Below are positions 12,972-24,910 of a stretch of DNA of 32,000 bases, one piece after another (positions within the stretch are counted from its first letter, which is position 1; each line of letters starts with the position of its first letter). The translations under genes and the position numbers were made by a program. The stretch covers positions 720,001-752,000 of the forward strand of contig NC_006055.1 in assembly GCF_000008305.1 (NCBI RefSeq), given 5' to 3'. A model generated the notes under the pieces. That model had not been told where the DNA came from. It did no database searches and saw nothing but the letters and a program-made list of their open reading frames with translations. The stretch is from Mesoplasma florum L1. Lineage in GTDB: Bacteria > Bacillota_I > Bacilli_A > Mycoplasmatales > Mycoplasmataceae.

Positions 12972-14537
12972 TTATAAAAGTGGGGCCATAATATTATAGA
13001 CTTTAACAATAGCTCTTTTTCACAATGGTAAATCTTTGTTTGGCATAAATTTATATTCAAATGATTTATCCATGTCATGAATCATTTTCTCTTCAATCTT
13101 TTTGTTCATATTATTTGATCTTATTAGAGCCATAGTTTGTTGATCGCAAAATAGAGCTCTATAGTCAAGATTAGAACTTCCAGTAAATGATATAGCTTCA
13201 TCAAAAATATAAGCTTTTTCATGTATAAAAGTATCATTCATTGAATATATTTTAACGCCGTTTTCAAACATTTTTTTAGTTCATTGTTTAGAAACTTCTA
13301 ACAATAAAAATTTGTCTGATCTTCCTGGTAATAAAATACGAACATCCAATCCAGTAGATGCAGCATTACATAACGCATTTATAATTTCTGGGGGTGGTAT
13401 AAAGTAAGGAGACTTTAGTCAAATTCTATTTTGCGCTGAATGAATTAAATTTAATAATAGTTCTAAGCAAATAGGTCTGTCATGATTTGGTCCATCAGAA
13501 ACAATCTGAATAAATTCATCAGTTGTATAACGTTTTCTGATTGCTTTACCAAATTTAGGTTCTAATTTTTCAATTTTCTTTTGTTTTTTAGTTACATAAA
13601 AATTTCAGTCTTTTTGGAATATTGCTTCAATTTCTTGAACTCCTTCGCCATTAATTCTTATTGCTGAATCGTTTCAGAAACCAAAAACTCCACTTTTATT
13701 TATGTATTCATCTGAAATGTTAACTCCACCTAAATATCCTATTTGGCCGTCAATTGAAATATCTTTTCTGTGATCTCTATAATTTGCATTTCATTTTAAA
13801 AATGGGAAATGTATCGGTGAGTAAGCAATTAAGTTTGCACCCTCTTGAATTAATCTTTTTTTACTTGTTGTAAATCTTCCATAACTTCCTAAGAAATCAT
13901 AAATTATGTATACTCTAACACCTTCACTCATTTTTTCAACTAGTAAGCTTGTTAGTTTACTCAAAAATTCACCTTCAGAAATGATGTAACAATTAATCAT
14001 TACATACTCTTTAGCATTTTTTATATCATTTAATAAATTTGAAAAATATTCATTTCCTGATTTTAAATATTCTATTTCAGTATTTGCATAAATACCTTCT
14101 CTTTGTTGTTCAAAAGTCATCATAAATGATCTCTTAAACTCTGGATTTAGTCTTTCAATTTCTTTTAGATTTTCAATGTCATATTGTACTTTTGGTTGTA
14201 GAACACTAACTGAGTTTTTGTTATATAAATAATTCTTATTTTTATTATATTTGTAAACCCTACCTAAAAATATGTAAGACATAATACCAAAAAATGGAAT
14301 TACTATTATAAATATTGCTCATCTAATTCTAGTTTCAATTCTTCGTTTTCTATTACATAAAACAACAATTGCTCATACCATTGAAACTATGTGAGTTGCT
14401 GATATAAAAAAAATAAACGGCAATGGTGTAGGTATAAAGAAGTTTAAACATAAATTGATTGCAACATATAAAGCGCCTCCAATACTGAACATTGCAATTA
14501 AAGAAGCTGTCGCTACAAACGGTTTTTTCATTATCAT
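12972..14537 (-). CDS. cls: Cardiolipin synthase / phospholipase D family membrane protein
   Basis: Hydrophobic N-terminus and two HKD-type motifs ([24 protein letters not shown] and [25 protein letters not shown]); 521 aa after joining across TGA. Confidence 0.93.
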
Positions 14538-15256
14538 GCACCTTCCTTAAATCTAAACATTTTGCTTTTACTTGTTAATCAATTATTTAATTTTGAAATA
14601 ATACTATTAAAATAAAATGGCGAAATATCTTTAGTCGTTTCACAAAGTAAGTCATTTAATTCAAGCTTAAATAAAAAATTATTGTATGTATTTATTTTTT
14701 CCTCAAAATCAGATTCAAAATAAGTGATTATGTACATTGAAAGTAAATATCCATATTTATAAAAAGCATCTGCTTTATCATCTGATATTTTTGAAAATAT
14801 TTTACCTATTTCTGAATAATAAAAATGTTTTCTTTTATTAATAATTTCATCTGAGAAATTAGAAAATGTTTTTATTCTATTAAATAATTCTTTTTCATAA
14901 TTAATTTTAAAGTCTACATTTGATTGAATTGAAGGTAATATAGTTTCAATGATTTTTGTTATCTTGAGTTTTTCAATTTTAATTTGTTTTGTTTCAGCTG
15001 CATCAAGATTTGTGTAAAGAAGTCTTGAGTAAAGTATAATGTGAATCATTTCATTAATAAAATGATTTTTATTTTTTCCTTCAAGGCTTATTAAATTTAA
15101 AAAAACTTTAAGTATTATATTTTCATGAGCAAATTCCACTAAAACCTTAGCTTCTTTTTTGGTAATTCCGTGCTCAATTAGTCATATATTAATTTCTTTG
15201 CTTTTTAATTTAATGAAATGCTTTTGCCCTTTAATACTTTTTGTAGTTTTAAACAT
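14531..15256 (-). CDS. Hypothetical protein (241 aa)
   Basis: ORF 14579..15139 extended across TGA at both ends; the stop overlaps the cls start by 7 nt. Confidence 0.7.
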
Positions 15257-15306
15257 TTGAAAAATTCCTTTGCTTTTTTAATAATTATATTCTTTTAAAA
15301 TAAAAA

Positions 15307-15335
15307 AACACAATCAGCTAACATGCCAATGTGTT
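15307..15335 (-). terminator. Possible terminator downstream of the GNAT-like gene
   Basis: AACACA ... TGTGTT stem with a T-run on the minus strand. Confidence 0.5.
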
Positions 15336-15342
15336 ATTTGTT

Positions 15343-16257
15343 TTATTTTTGTCTTGAAAGAAGTGGGAACATGAATTTCTTATCTTTTAATCCTGTTGTT
15401 ACTTCTTTTAAATATAAACATGAGTGTATATCTAAACCTGTTTTAACAAAAGTATCTGTTTTAGTTATGTGAATACCTTCTTTAATATCTGGCATAAAAC
15501 CAAAATCAACTCTTTTTATACCATTTGGAACTATTATTTTTAAAAGCTCTTCTAAATCAATGTTGTGTGAAGAAAATGATCCAATGAAATCAAATATACC
15601 ATTTTTAATTCTAAAACAAACAACTGTTTGTAATGAAGGTATATATCACAAGTCGTCTTCAAAGTGTTTTTGAATATTATGAAATTTAACTAAGCTATCG
15701 CCTTTTGTATCTAATATACTTGATTGTTTACTTGAGTGTAAAATAGCTTCCTTAACTAATTCAAAATCATGTGCTAAAGATAAATCAAGTTTGATGATTT
15801 TTGAAGATTCTTGTTTTTCTCTATTATTTCAAGGTAAGAAAAATAAATATTCTTGTTTTCTTTCAAAACCAGATTTTATTAAAACCTCTTCATCTTTTAC
15901 TCCACAATAAGAAATTAAAATATCAACTAAATTTGAATATTTATAAATAGCTGCTTCAATTAAAATCTCTTCAAGTTTTTCTTCAATGAAAGCTTCTTTA
16001 ATAAAGAAATTTCCAACTTGAACTGCGCTACATTTTTCTCCACTAATAAAAACATCAAATTTCAAAATACCTAATGCTGCTATTATTTCATTTTTTTCAT
16101 TAACGATTGTGATAGGTGAAAAATTTTCTAATTGTTTATCTTTGAACAATCATTTTTCAAAATTATTATTTGATGATCTTTTGATTAAGTTGCTTAAATC
16201 CTGGTTGAAGTGTTTATTATCTTTGTGATCAAAAACAATATCATAAGTGTCTCTCAT
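15343..16257 (-). CDS. Putative GNAT-family (Eis-like) acetyltransferase, 304 aa
   Basis: ORF 15829..16149 extended across TGA; ITIVNEKNEIIAALGILKFDVFISG...AVQVGNFFIKEAFIEEKLEEILIEAAI...GFERKQEYLFFLP resembles a GNAT core. Confidence 0.45.
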
Positions 16258-16347
16258 GCGAACTACTCCTCTATATGTAAATTACTTATTAATTATATAA
16301 CAGTTTAACAATAAATAGAATAGTTAAATTTTGCTAAAGCATCCAAA

Positions 16348-16368
16348 AAACCTTTATATTAAAGGTTT
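16348..16368 (-). terminator. Terminator overlapping the stop codon of the 219-aa protein gene
   Basis: aaaccttt-atatt-aaaggttt with a minus-strand T-run. Confidence 0.65.
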
Positions 16369-17018
16369 ATTTGTTTTATTACAATGTCTGACAATGGATT
16401 AAAGACAAATATTTTTATATTCTTTATCTCTGAATTATTTTCAATTAATTTCTTTTGTAGCATAGCTTCATATTTATATTTGTCTTCATATGGAGATTTA
16501 CTAAACTTAAATATGCATAGAAATCAATTATCATTTGATTTTAATAGTAAATCAATTTTTCCATAAAAGTTCAAGCTTGATTCTAAGTTCGCTAGCATTA
16601 TATTTGCTAAGGAATGATTTATTTTATGCTTATATATAAATTTATTTAAATCATGTACAACTGACTTTGCAATGTTTATTGCTACTTTATGATCTTCATC
16701 ATTTTTTTCAAATTTAAGAAACTCGGCTTTTCTTTGAACGACAGAATTTATTATTAATTCTTTTGCTATTTTGTTTCTTAAAAATATTTGTTCAAGAATT
16801 TTTGATGATGGGTTTTGAATAAAGGGAAATTCTTTTTGACAAAGATCATCAATTGAATCAAGAATTAATTTTTGATTTTCATCAATGTAATAAGTTAAAT
16901 TGAAATTTTTATCATTGTAATCAATACTATTAATTAATTTAAAACTTGAACAATTATCATCAAATTCAAAATACTCTGAAATATCATTGATATTAAATTT
17001 TGATTTTATCGTACTCAT
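16359..17018 (-). CDS. Hypothetical protein (219 aa), possible degenerate PD-(D/E)XK-like fold
   Basis: ORF 16524..17018 extended across TGA; C-terminal segment NFYGKIDLLLKSNDNWFLCIFKFSKSPYEDKYKYEAMLQKKL. Confidence 0.65.
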
Positions 17019-17512
17019 ATATTTGTTATAGAATTATAAATTTTTGATGGTTTAATGTTTGTAATAACTTTATCAAAATAAACATTAATTGATCTATCAA
17101 AATTAATTAATTCGTCTTTCTCATTTATTGGTTGCTCTCCATGTAAATTAACACTTGTAGAAAATATCGGTCCAGTTTTTTCAATAATTTTTTTTATATC
17201 ATCTCTAATTATTAATCTAACTGCTATAGTTTTATTATTACTTTTTGTTTTAAAAATAACTGTTGTACTTTCATTGAACAATAAATCTACAAATTCATTT
17301 TTTTCAATGCCCAAAATGCTTAGCTGTTCTATGTTTGATATTAAAACAATTAAAGGTTTTTCTTCGTTTGCATTTTTTATATTATTTATTCTTTTTTCAT
17401 TTTCAAAATTTCAAATCGCTGATAATCCATAGATAGTATCAGTTGGTAAAATAATAATTTCATTTTCTATAAGAGCATTTGTAGCTTTAATTATTAGATC
17501 TTTACTTAACAT
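17006..17512 (-). CDS. tsaC: Short YrdC/Sua5-domain protein, threonylcarbamoyl-AMP synthase-like
   Basis: MLSKDLIIKATNALIENEIIILPTDTIYGLSA...KRINNIKNAKNEEKPLIVLI...FSTSVNLHGEQPI; 168 aa. Confidence 0.85.
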
Positions 17513-19010
17513 TTTTATTCCCTTTTCTTCTTTTAGCTAAAATTTCTGAAAATAAAATTTGAGCACCAACTCTCTTTTTAAATATAGTTGTTTTCATAAT
17601 ATTAAATCCAATTATTAAAAATGAAGAGATTAATATTCCAAATAAAATTATAGATTCTGCAATAACATTAACTGTTTTTTCTCATAAAAAACCTACATGA
17701 CCATCAATTAAATTTAAATTGTAAGCTTTTTCAATAACTTCATAATCACTATCATTGCCAATAATTCCTTTTATTGCGTTTATGAAAGCATTACCTGCAG
17801 TTACACCATTTTCACTTTGTAAATTTCAAGCTTCTACTAAATTACCAACCTGTACTTTTGATACTATATTTAAACACGTGATTAAAACTAAGTTCGCATA
17901 TATAATGAAGTACTGAGTAATGAATAAATTTTGCGATTTATTTTCTCCTCTAATTGATACTGAGATAAAGTACATAAAAGTTGCCATAGTTGTACCTAAT
18001 CCTATTATTGGAAGCGAGCAATATACAAAATAATTTTTTTCATATTTTAAAATTTCTGAAAAACTTGTTTGAGAAAGCCCTTCATCAATTCCATATCTTT
18101 TTAATAACTCTGGTAAGACATGAACTGTTCTTGTTAATATAGAAGTTTTTGTTGTGTCAAAAGAAATTGTTATAACATAGACAAACTGAGGTAAAAGAAT
18201 ACATGCTGCAGCAAACATTGTCCAATTTGAAATGTTCTTGTCAGAATTTTTAAATATTTTTGCTAAAAATGATTTCATTCTATTTTGACTTAATTCTTTT
18301 TTTCTATTACTAATATAGTCAATATATTTATTAATATTTAAACTTTCCGCTTCTACTATTACTGCATTTTGAATACTTAATGAAAGCATAAAAATTGCAA
18401 TTATTTGAATAAATAGTATTCATCAAATAGAATCTTCAGATGCTCACTTATACGCTTGATCTTTATTTGCAGTAAACTGTTTAGAAATTTCGCTTATAAC
18501 ACCTGGAACAGACTTAACATATTGATTATCAATTTGTCCTATTAATGACTCAAATGTAAAAAACTCTTGAAATTTAGCAAACTCATACTGAGCTATTGAA
18601 GACATAAGAGCAGCAATAATTCCGAAAGAAATAACAAATATTCAAAAACTTGTTTTAAACTTGTTATTTACACCAGCAGCAGTTAGAAAAGGTTTTAATA
18701 AAGTAAAGCCAATTAATGTTGCAATGAAAAAGCCTCACCCTATGTAAACAGGTGTTAAAATTTCAAATTTAGATGGAAGTCTAAGAAATTCTGAAAGCGC
18801 ATTTCAATTATCAAAATAAATTTTTAAATTAATGTCTGAAAAAACTATTCAACTAAATATATACGTAGGAATCATTAAAACTGAAAAAATAAACATACTA
18901 AAAATAGCAACCTTATACAAGTGTGCATTTTTTTCTTGAACAGAAGCAACTTTGTCTTTTATTGCAAAGTTCAGTCTGAATTTACTTTTAAATTCAATCT
19001 TTTTTTCCAT
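17502..19010 (-). CDS. Hypothetical multi-pass membrane protein (502 aa)
   Basis: ORF 17826..18389 extended across many TGA=Trp codons; several hydrophobic segments, no family recognised. Confidence 0.8.
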
Positions 19011-19018
19011 CTTATCTC

Positions 19019-19879
19019 CTACTTAGTAAGTATTAAATATCTTAAATTATTAAAATAATCTTTTTCAAACTTTCATTTATATTTTAAACCTAATTCTTGT
19101 TTTAAAAAGACATCTAGCTCTTTTTCTTGTTTTCACCCTATTTCAAAAACAATTAGTATATTTTTTGTAATATCCATAAATTTATCAATATTTTTAATTG
19201 CTTCCTTATAAAAAAACAATCCATTATCTTTTGCGAAAAGTGCTAATTTTGGTTCATATTTTTTTGTCATTTTATCTACATCAACATCATTAAAATCAAT
19301 ATATGGTGGGTTACAAACAAGAATGTTAAATTTATTTTGTTGTTTTATAATAGAATTTAAAAAATCACTTTTAACAACTTTTGTTCAATTTACTAAATTA
19401 TTATTTTCAATATTTTTACTAGTTATATTTAACGCTTTTTTAGAAATATCTGAGAATGTAACATTTTCCATTTTATCTTTGTTTTCTATAGCTATAGAAA
19501 TTCCTATACAACCCGAACCACAACAAAGATCTAATACTGAAATTTTTTCATTTTGAGAATTGATAAATTCATTAACATAATCAACAATAAGTTCAGTTTC
19601 CATTCTTGGTATTAAAGTATTTTTATTTACTAAAATTTTATGAGTCCTAAAAATTTTGTATCCTAAAATATAAGCTAAAGGTTTCCCTTTAGCTAACTTT
19701 TTAGAAATTTTGATTATTTTTTTAAATTGTTTTTTATTTAAAACTTTTTCTTGTGAAAATAAAACTTCTGAGTATTCAATTTTTGTAATAAATGAAATAA
19801 TTTCAATAGCATCCGATTTTCCAATTTTACTATTTTCTAAAAGAAAATCTAAAGCAATTTTTATATTTGCATTATTCAT
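19019..19879 (-). CDS. prmC: Peptide chain release factor N5-glutamine methyltransferase
   Basis: [21 protein letters not shown]-binding motif and NPPY motif ([11 protein letters not shown]); sits directly after prfA; 286 aa. Confidence 0.93.
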
Positions 19880-20963
19880 TATCTTGTAATTGTGCTTCAA
19901 CTTTCTGACGTTGTTCATCATTAACTAAGGCAATAATAAAATCATCAATTTTTCCTTCCATAACTTGATCCAGTTTGTTTAGTGTTAAACCTACTCTATG
20001 ATCAGTTACACGATTTTGTGGATAATTGTATGTTCTTATTTTTTCACTTCTAGCTCCTGTACCAACAGCGTTCTTACGTGTTGCATCAGCTTCTGCTTGT
20101 TGTTTCTCTAATTCTGCTTCATATATTCTTGCTCTTAGCATTGTCATAGCTATATCTTTGTTATCATGTTGACTTCTTCCATCTTGAGAAGCTGCAACAA
20201 CACCAGTTGGTATATGAGTAATACGAACAGCTGAATCTGTTGTGTTAACGTGCTGACCACCAGCTCCAGATGATCTATACGTATCAATTCTTAAATCACT
20301 GTTTTTGATTTCAATTTCAACATCACTCATTTCAGGTAAAACAGCAACTGTAGCAGTAGAAGTTTGAATTCTACCTTTAGCTTCAGTTTTTGGTACTCTT
20401 TGTACTCTGTGGGCTCCAGATTCAAATTTTAATTTTGAATAAACTCGGTCACCTTTAACCATAAAAGAAACTTGTGAGAAGCCACCAGCTTCTGAAGAGT
20501 TTGCATCAAGCATTGTAATTTTTCAATTTTGAGTTTCAGCATATAGTTTATACATTCTTAGTAAATCACCAGCAAATATATTTGCTTCATCTCCTCCTGC
20601 TGCACCTCTAATTTCTACAATAACGTTTTTGTCATCGTTGGGGTCTTTTGGTAAAAGCAATTCCTCAATAATTGCGACAATTGGTTCAACAGCATCTTCA
20701 TTTTCTGATAATTCCATTTTAGCTAGTTCAATCATTTCAGCATCTTTTTCATTACCTAATATTTCTTTAGCATCAGCAATTGATTGAATTATCGTCTTAT
20801 ATTCAATAAATTTTTCTACAACTTCGATTAAATTTGCTCTTTCTTTGTTAAGTTCTAACATTTTTTTAACATCTGAAACAATTTCTTCTGATTGTAAATC
20901 TTTATCTATTTGATCAACCCTTTTTTGCATTGTTTCCAATGCTTCATAAGTTTTTGGATTCAT
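19872..20963 (-). CDS. prfA: Peptide chain release factor 1
   Basis: RIPGAGG-type motif present as [14 protein letters not shown] and the GGQ motif as [21 protein letters not shown]; 363 aa. Confidence 0.98.
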
Positions 20964-20965
20964 TT

Positions 20966-21577
20966 TTACCCCTTTTCTATTTGGTAGCAATTTCTACATC
21001 TAGCTTCGTAACTATCATTACCATCAACTAGTATTAATGGTGAATTTCAATCAGCTGGTTTGCCATCAATTATTCTTTGCGTTCTATTTGCAAAGTTTCC
21101 ACATTTTTGGCAAATGGCTGTTAATTTATCTACCATTTCAGCTAGTGGAAGTATTCTGTCAACATTTTTAAATGGTTGACTTCTAAAGTCTTTATCTAAA
21201 CCTGTAACTATTACTATTATTCCTCTGTCAGCTAATTCTTCAATGTAATCAACAATAGCTTCATCAAAAAATTGAATTTCATCAATACCAACTACATCTA
21301 CTTTTTTTTCTAATATTTTTGCTTCTAGTTTTTCTTTTAATTCAGCTGTTGAATTTACAGGAATTGATGGTAATAAAGTTCCTGCATGCGAAGCAACCTC
21401 ATTAACAGCATATCTTGTATCTATGACTGGTTTAAATGCTATTACATTTCTTTTGGCAAAAGCATGTCTACGTAATCTTTTGATAAACTCTTCTGTTTTA
21501 CCAGCAAACATACATCCAGTTATTAATTCTACTCAACCTAACTGTTTTTGTTCAATTGTATCTCTGTTAGGTATCAT
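20966..21577 (-). CDS. tdk: Thymidine kinase
   Basis: LITGCMFAGKTEEFIKRLRR Walker A; VVGIDEIQFFD; zinc-site cysteines CQKCG and CRNCY; 203 aa. Confidence 0.96.
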
Positions 21578-21579
21578 AA

Positions 21580-22524
21580 CTATTTGTTTCCTTTTGTTAT
21601 AACAGCGTCTAAGTCTTTAACAAGTTTTGATATATCAGATAGTGTATTTAACTTACATCCACTTGCTAATTTATGTCCACCACCATCATACTTATTAGCT
21701 ACTTTATCAATTTCAAAATCTCTACTTCTAATTGAAACTTTAATTTCTTCATCTAATTCAATAACTAAAACTCAAATTTTTATTTCATCAATACCACTCA
21801 TAGTCCCTAATGCTGATTTAATTTCTTCATATGAGTATTTTCAAGGTTTTTGGTCTTCTTTTGTAATTGTAATATGACCAACACCTTTTTTAGATAATTG
21901 TAATTTTGAAAATGCAAAGTTTGCATATTGTTTTCTTTTTAAATCTGAAACAAAAAGTGAATCATGTACTGCTTTTAAATTTGCACCATTTTCTAAAAGA
22001 ATTTTAGCTGCATTAAAAGTTTTAAAGCTTGTATTTGGAAATAAAAATCTTCCACTATCTGTAACTAAACCTTTGTAAAGATTTGACGCTGCATTTGCAT
22101 TTCATTTTAGTTTCATAGCATCTGCTCATAAAGTTATAACTTCAGTACATGCCATTGCTGTTTCTTTGACAATTTCATTTTTTGCATATGGATCAATATT
22201 AACATGGTGATCAATTTTAAATGTTTCAACTGCAATATCATATTTATCAAAATCTAATCTTGATTTTGTTGCAGTGTCAACTGTGATAACTAATGCTGAT
22301 TTAATAAAATCATTTGATATTTTACTTTTTAAAAAGTCTTTGTTATCATCAAGTCTATCACCAGGAACAACTATTGTTTTACCTGGGAAATTTTCTTGAA
22401 TTAGGTACGCTAAACCCATTGAGCTACCTTGTGCATCTCAATCAGGTCTTATATGTTTTAAAATAATAATATTTTTGTATTTTTTAATTTTTTTAATTAA
22501 TAATTTGTAATTTGTTTCTTTCAT
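21580..22524 (-). CDS. DHH-family phosphoesterase (oligoribonuclease/pAp-phosphatase-like)
   Basis: IIILKHIRPDWDAQGSSMGLAYLI; TFKIDHHVN; GGGHKLASG; 314 aa after joining across TGA. Confidence 0.9.
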
Positions 22525-22536
22525 TTCTTTTTTCCT

Positions 22537-24414
22537 TTATATTATTGCTGATATTGAATGTTCTTCAAAATAAAGAACTGCTTCATTTTCTCTTTCAAAT
22601 GTTTTATCTTCAGAATAAAAATATATTTTTGTTTTATTTTTTGTTATTCCAAAGTACATATTTTTATCATGATATTTATTTGTTCTTATAATTCTAACAT
22701 TTATCGGTACAGAATTATTTTCAATGAACTCAGTTGATATCTCAAGAGGATTAATAAATATAAAACCACTTTCATTAAATTTTTTTGTGTTTACATTTCA
22801 TAATCTATTTTCTACATCAATTAAATTGTCAGATTCTTTTGTGTAAGAAAAAACATTTGATTCACCTAATTCATTTTTACAAATATCTATTAAATTTTTT
22901 TCAAAAAATTCTTTATTTGTTGTTTTAACTAGTTCATTATTTCTTGATCAATATATTTTTTTGTTTTTAGATATATCACTTATTGTGAAAGTTCTTGAAT
23001 GCAGAATAATAAATGATATCTCTGGATAAAATTCATTAATCTTACTTATTGTATCAAAAAGCATTTCATAATCTTTATTTGTTAATAAATGTAAGAAATC
23101 AGATAATATAATATTTTTCTTACCTAGATTAATCGCTTTCAATATTTTTACATATATCATGTTTAATGATGTAAGTTTAAAACTTCCTTTTAAGAATCAT
23201 TCAAAATTTATATCTAAGTTTTTAAAGTTATTTTCCATTCATAATTCTGCTTGTTTAAAAACAGGAACTATTTGTTTTTTGTAATGTTTTCTTAGAGATA
23301 AAAATTCATTCTTATTTCCGTACTTTACTTCCCCAGTTAATATTAATTTGTGGTAATTATGAATATTTGAAATAATAAATTTTGTTAACAATGAAGATTC
23401 AGTTTTAATAAAATTGAATAAGAATTTTTTTTCTGTCAAATTTTGATCTGACACTTTATCTTTAATAACTTTTTTTCATTTATTAAGTTCTGATGATATT
23501 TCTTGCTGAACTTCTTTTGCAACAGAATAAGTTTTGTAAAACTTATCTAATTCAAATTTAAATTGAGTACTTATTGTTCTTTTTCTAAAAAATAATAAAA
23601 TGCTTTCCAGTCTTAATTTATTTAATCTTATGTTTAAAAACTTTAATTGTTTTTCTACAATAAATTTTGTTTGTTTGTATTCAAAAAGATTTTTTCTTTT
23701 TCTCAATAATTTATTATTTGATTTTTTTGTATTAAATTCACATGTACAACAATCACGCAATTCATTTAAAGATTCTACTCTATCGTAAAGAACTTGAACA
23801 AATTTAAATTCCATTCTTTTAAGTAGTTTTTCTTTTTCAATATCAAATAAAGCTTTTGATAAAACTTTTACTTGTGGTGAAAATTCATTAAACATTTTTT
23901 GAGACATACCCTCATTTAATTTTGATAAAACATCATCTAAGTTATTTATTATTTTTTCATGTGATTCGTTAGAAAACTTAATAAATTTATTTATAGCTTC
24001 ATCAATATCTCTTCTTAGCTTTAAATCTGATAAATCATTTTTAGAATCTAGCAAAGAAAGATACTCGTATTTTTTTTCTGCATATTTAATTCTTGCATTT
24101 CTTAAAAATTGTAAATCAGACAATAACGAAAGAGCCAAAATTCATTTTGTAGGTACTAAACGTTCAAACCATGTATCAGTCTTTATGTATTCTGTGTGCA
24201 ATTTAATAAAATTCTTATTAATAACATCTTCGTTGTCTACTTGGTATCTACCAGTTTTATTTTTTTGTCTTCCAAGTATGATTTTTTTAAATGATTTTTG
24301 TTTTTCATCTTCTAAATAAACATTAGTTATTTGACCTGGCTTAGACTCAAAATCAACTTTTTTAAGTGTTTCTTTGTTATTTGAAGGGCTAAAATTTTTT
24401 ATTTTATATGACAT
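22537..24414 (-). CDS. Degenerate ABC ATPase-like protein with a long charged insertion (625 aa)
   Basis: Pieces 22948..23160, 23239..23454, 23476..24138 and 24142..24414 are all in one frame, separated only by TGA. See findings for the motif comparison. Confidence 0.8.
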
Positions 24415-24498
24415 ATTTTTTACCCTCCTTTAAAAGACATAACATTTATTATATTTTAAATCATTTAGGACTTTAATTAAAGATATTAACTAAATAAA

Positions 24499-24516
24499 AG
24501 ACCACTATTGTGGTCT
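24499..24516 (-). terminator. rpmE terminator
   Basis: AGACCAC-tatt-GTGGTCT, minus-strand T-rich tail. Confidence 0.85.
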
Positions 24517-24519
24517 AAA

Positions 24520-24798
24520 TTATTTATTTTCTTTGTTTTTTGATTTTTGATCTTCAGAATTTTTTTGAGCAGTTGCGTTAATAGCTTCTTTTCTAGCAAA
24601 TTTTGATTTAAATTGTTCAACACGACCTGTAGTGTTTGCAAAGTTTTGTGCACCTGAAAAGAATGGGTGACAATTTGAACAAACGTCAATTCTCATTTCT
24701 TCTCTTTTTGTAGTTCCACAAATGAATTCATTAGCACATGTTGTACAAATAAATTTTGCTTCCTCGAAGTATTTTGGTTGAATATCTTTTTTTGGCAT
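24520..24798 (-). CDS. rpmE: 50S ribosomal protein L31
   Basis: MPKKDIQPKYFEEAKFICTTCANEFICGTTKREEMRIDVCSNCHPFFSG; 92 aa. Confidence 0.97.
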   Translation of the reverse strand: MPKKDIQPKYFEEAKFICTTCANEFICGTTKREEMRIDVCSNCHPFFSGAQNFANTTGRVEQFKSKFARKEAINATAQKNSEDQKSKNKENK

Positions 24799-24886
24799 AG
24801 ATGTATCTCCTTTCACACTATGTTTTCATTTAGATACTTTTTCAGTACTTAAAAATTATATAACATTTTTATTTAAAAGCACAAAT

Positions 24887-24910
24887 AAAAAACCGCTTTC
24901 GCGATTTTTT
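24887..24910 (-). terminator. deoC terminator, copy 1 of a repeated hairpin
   Basis: AAAAAACCGC-TTTC-GCGATTTTTT; on the minus strand a GAAA loop and one U-G wobble. Confidence 0.8.
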
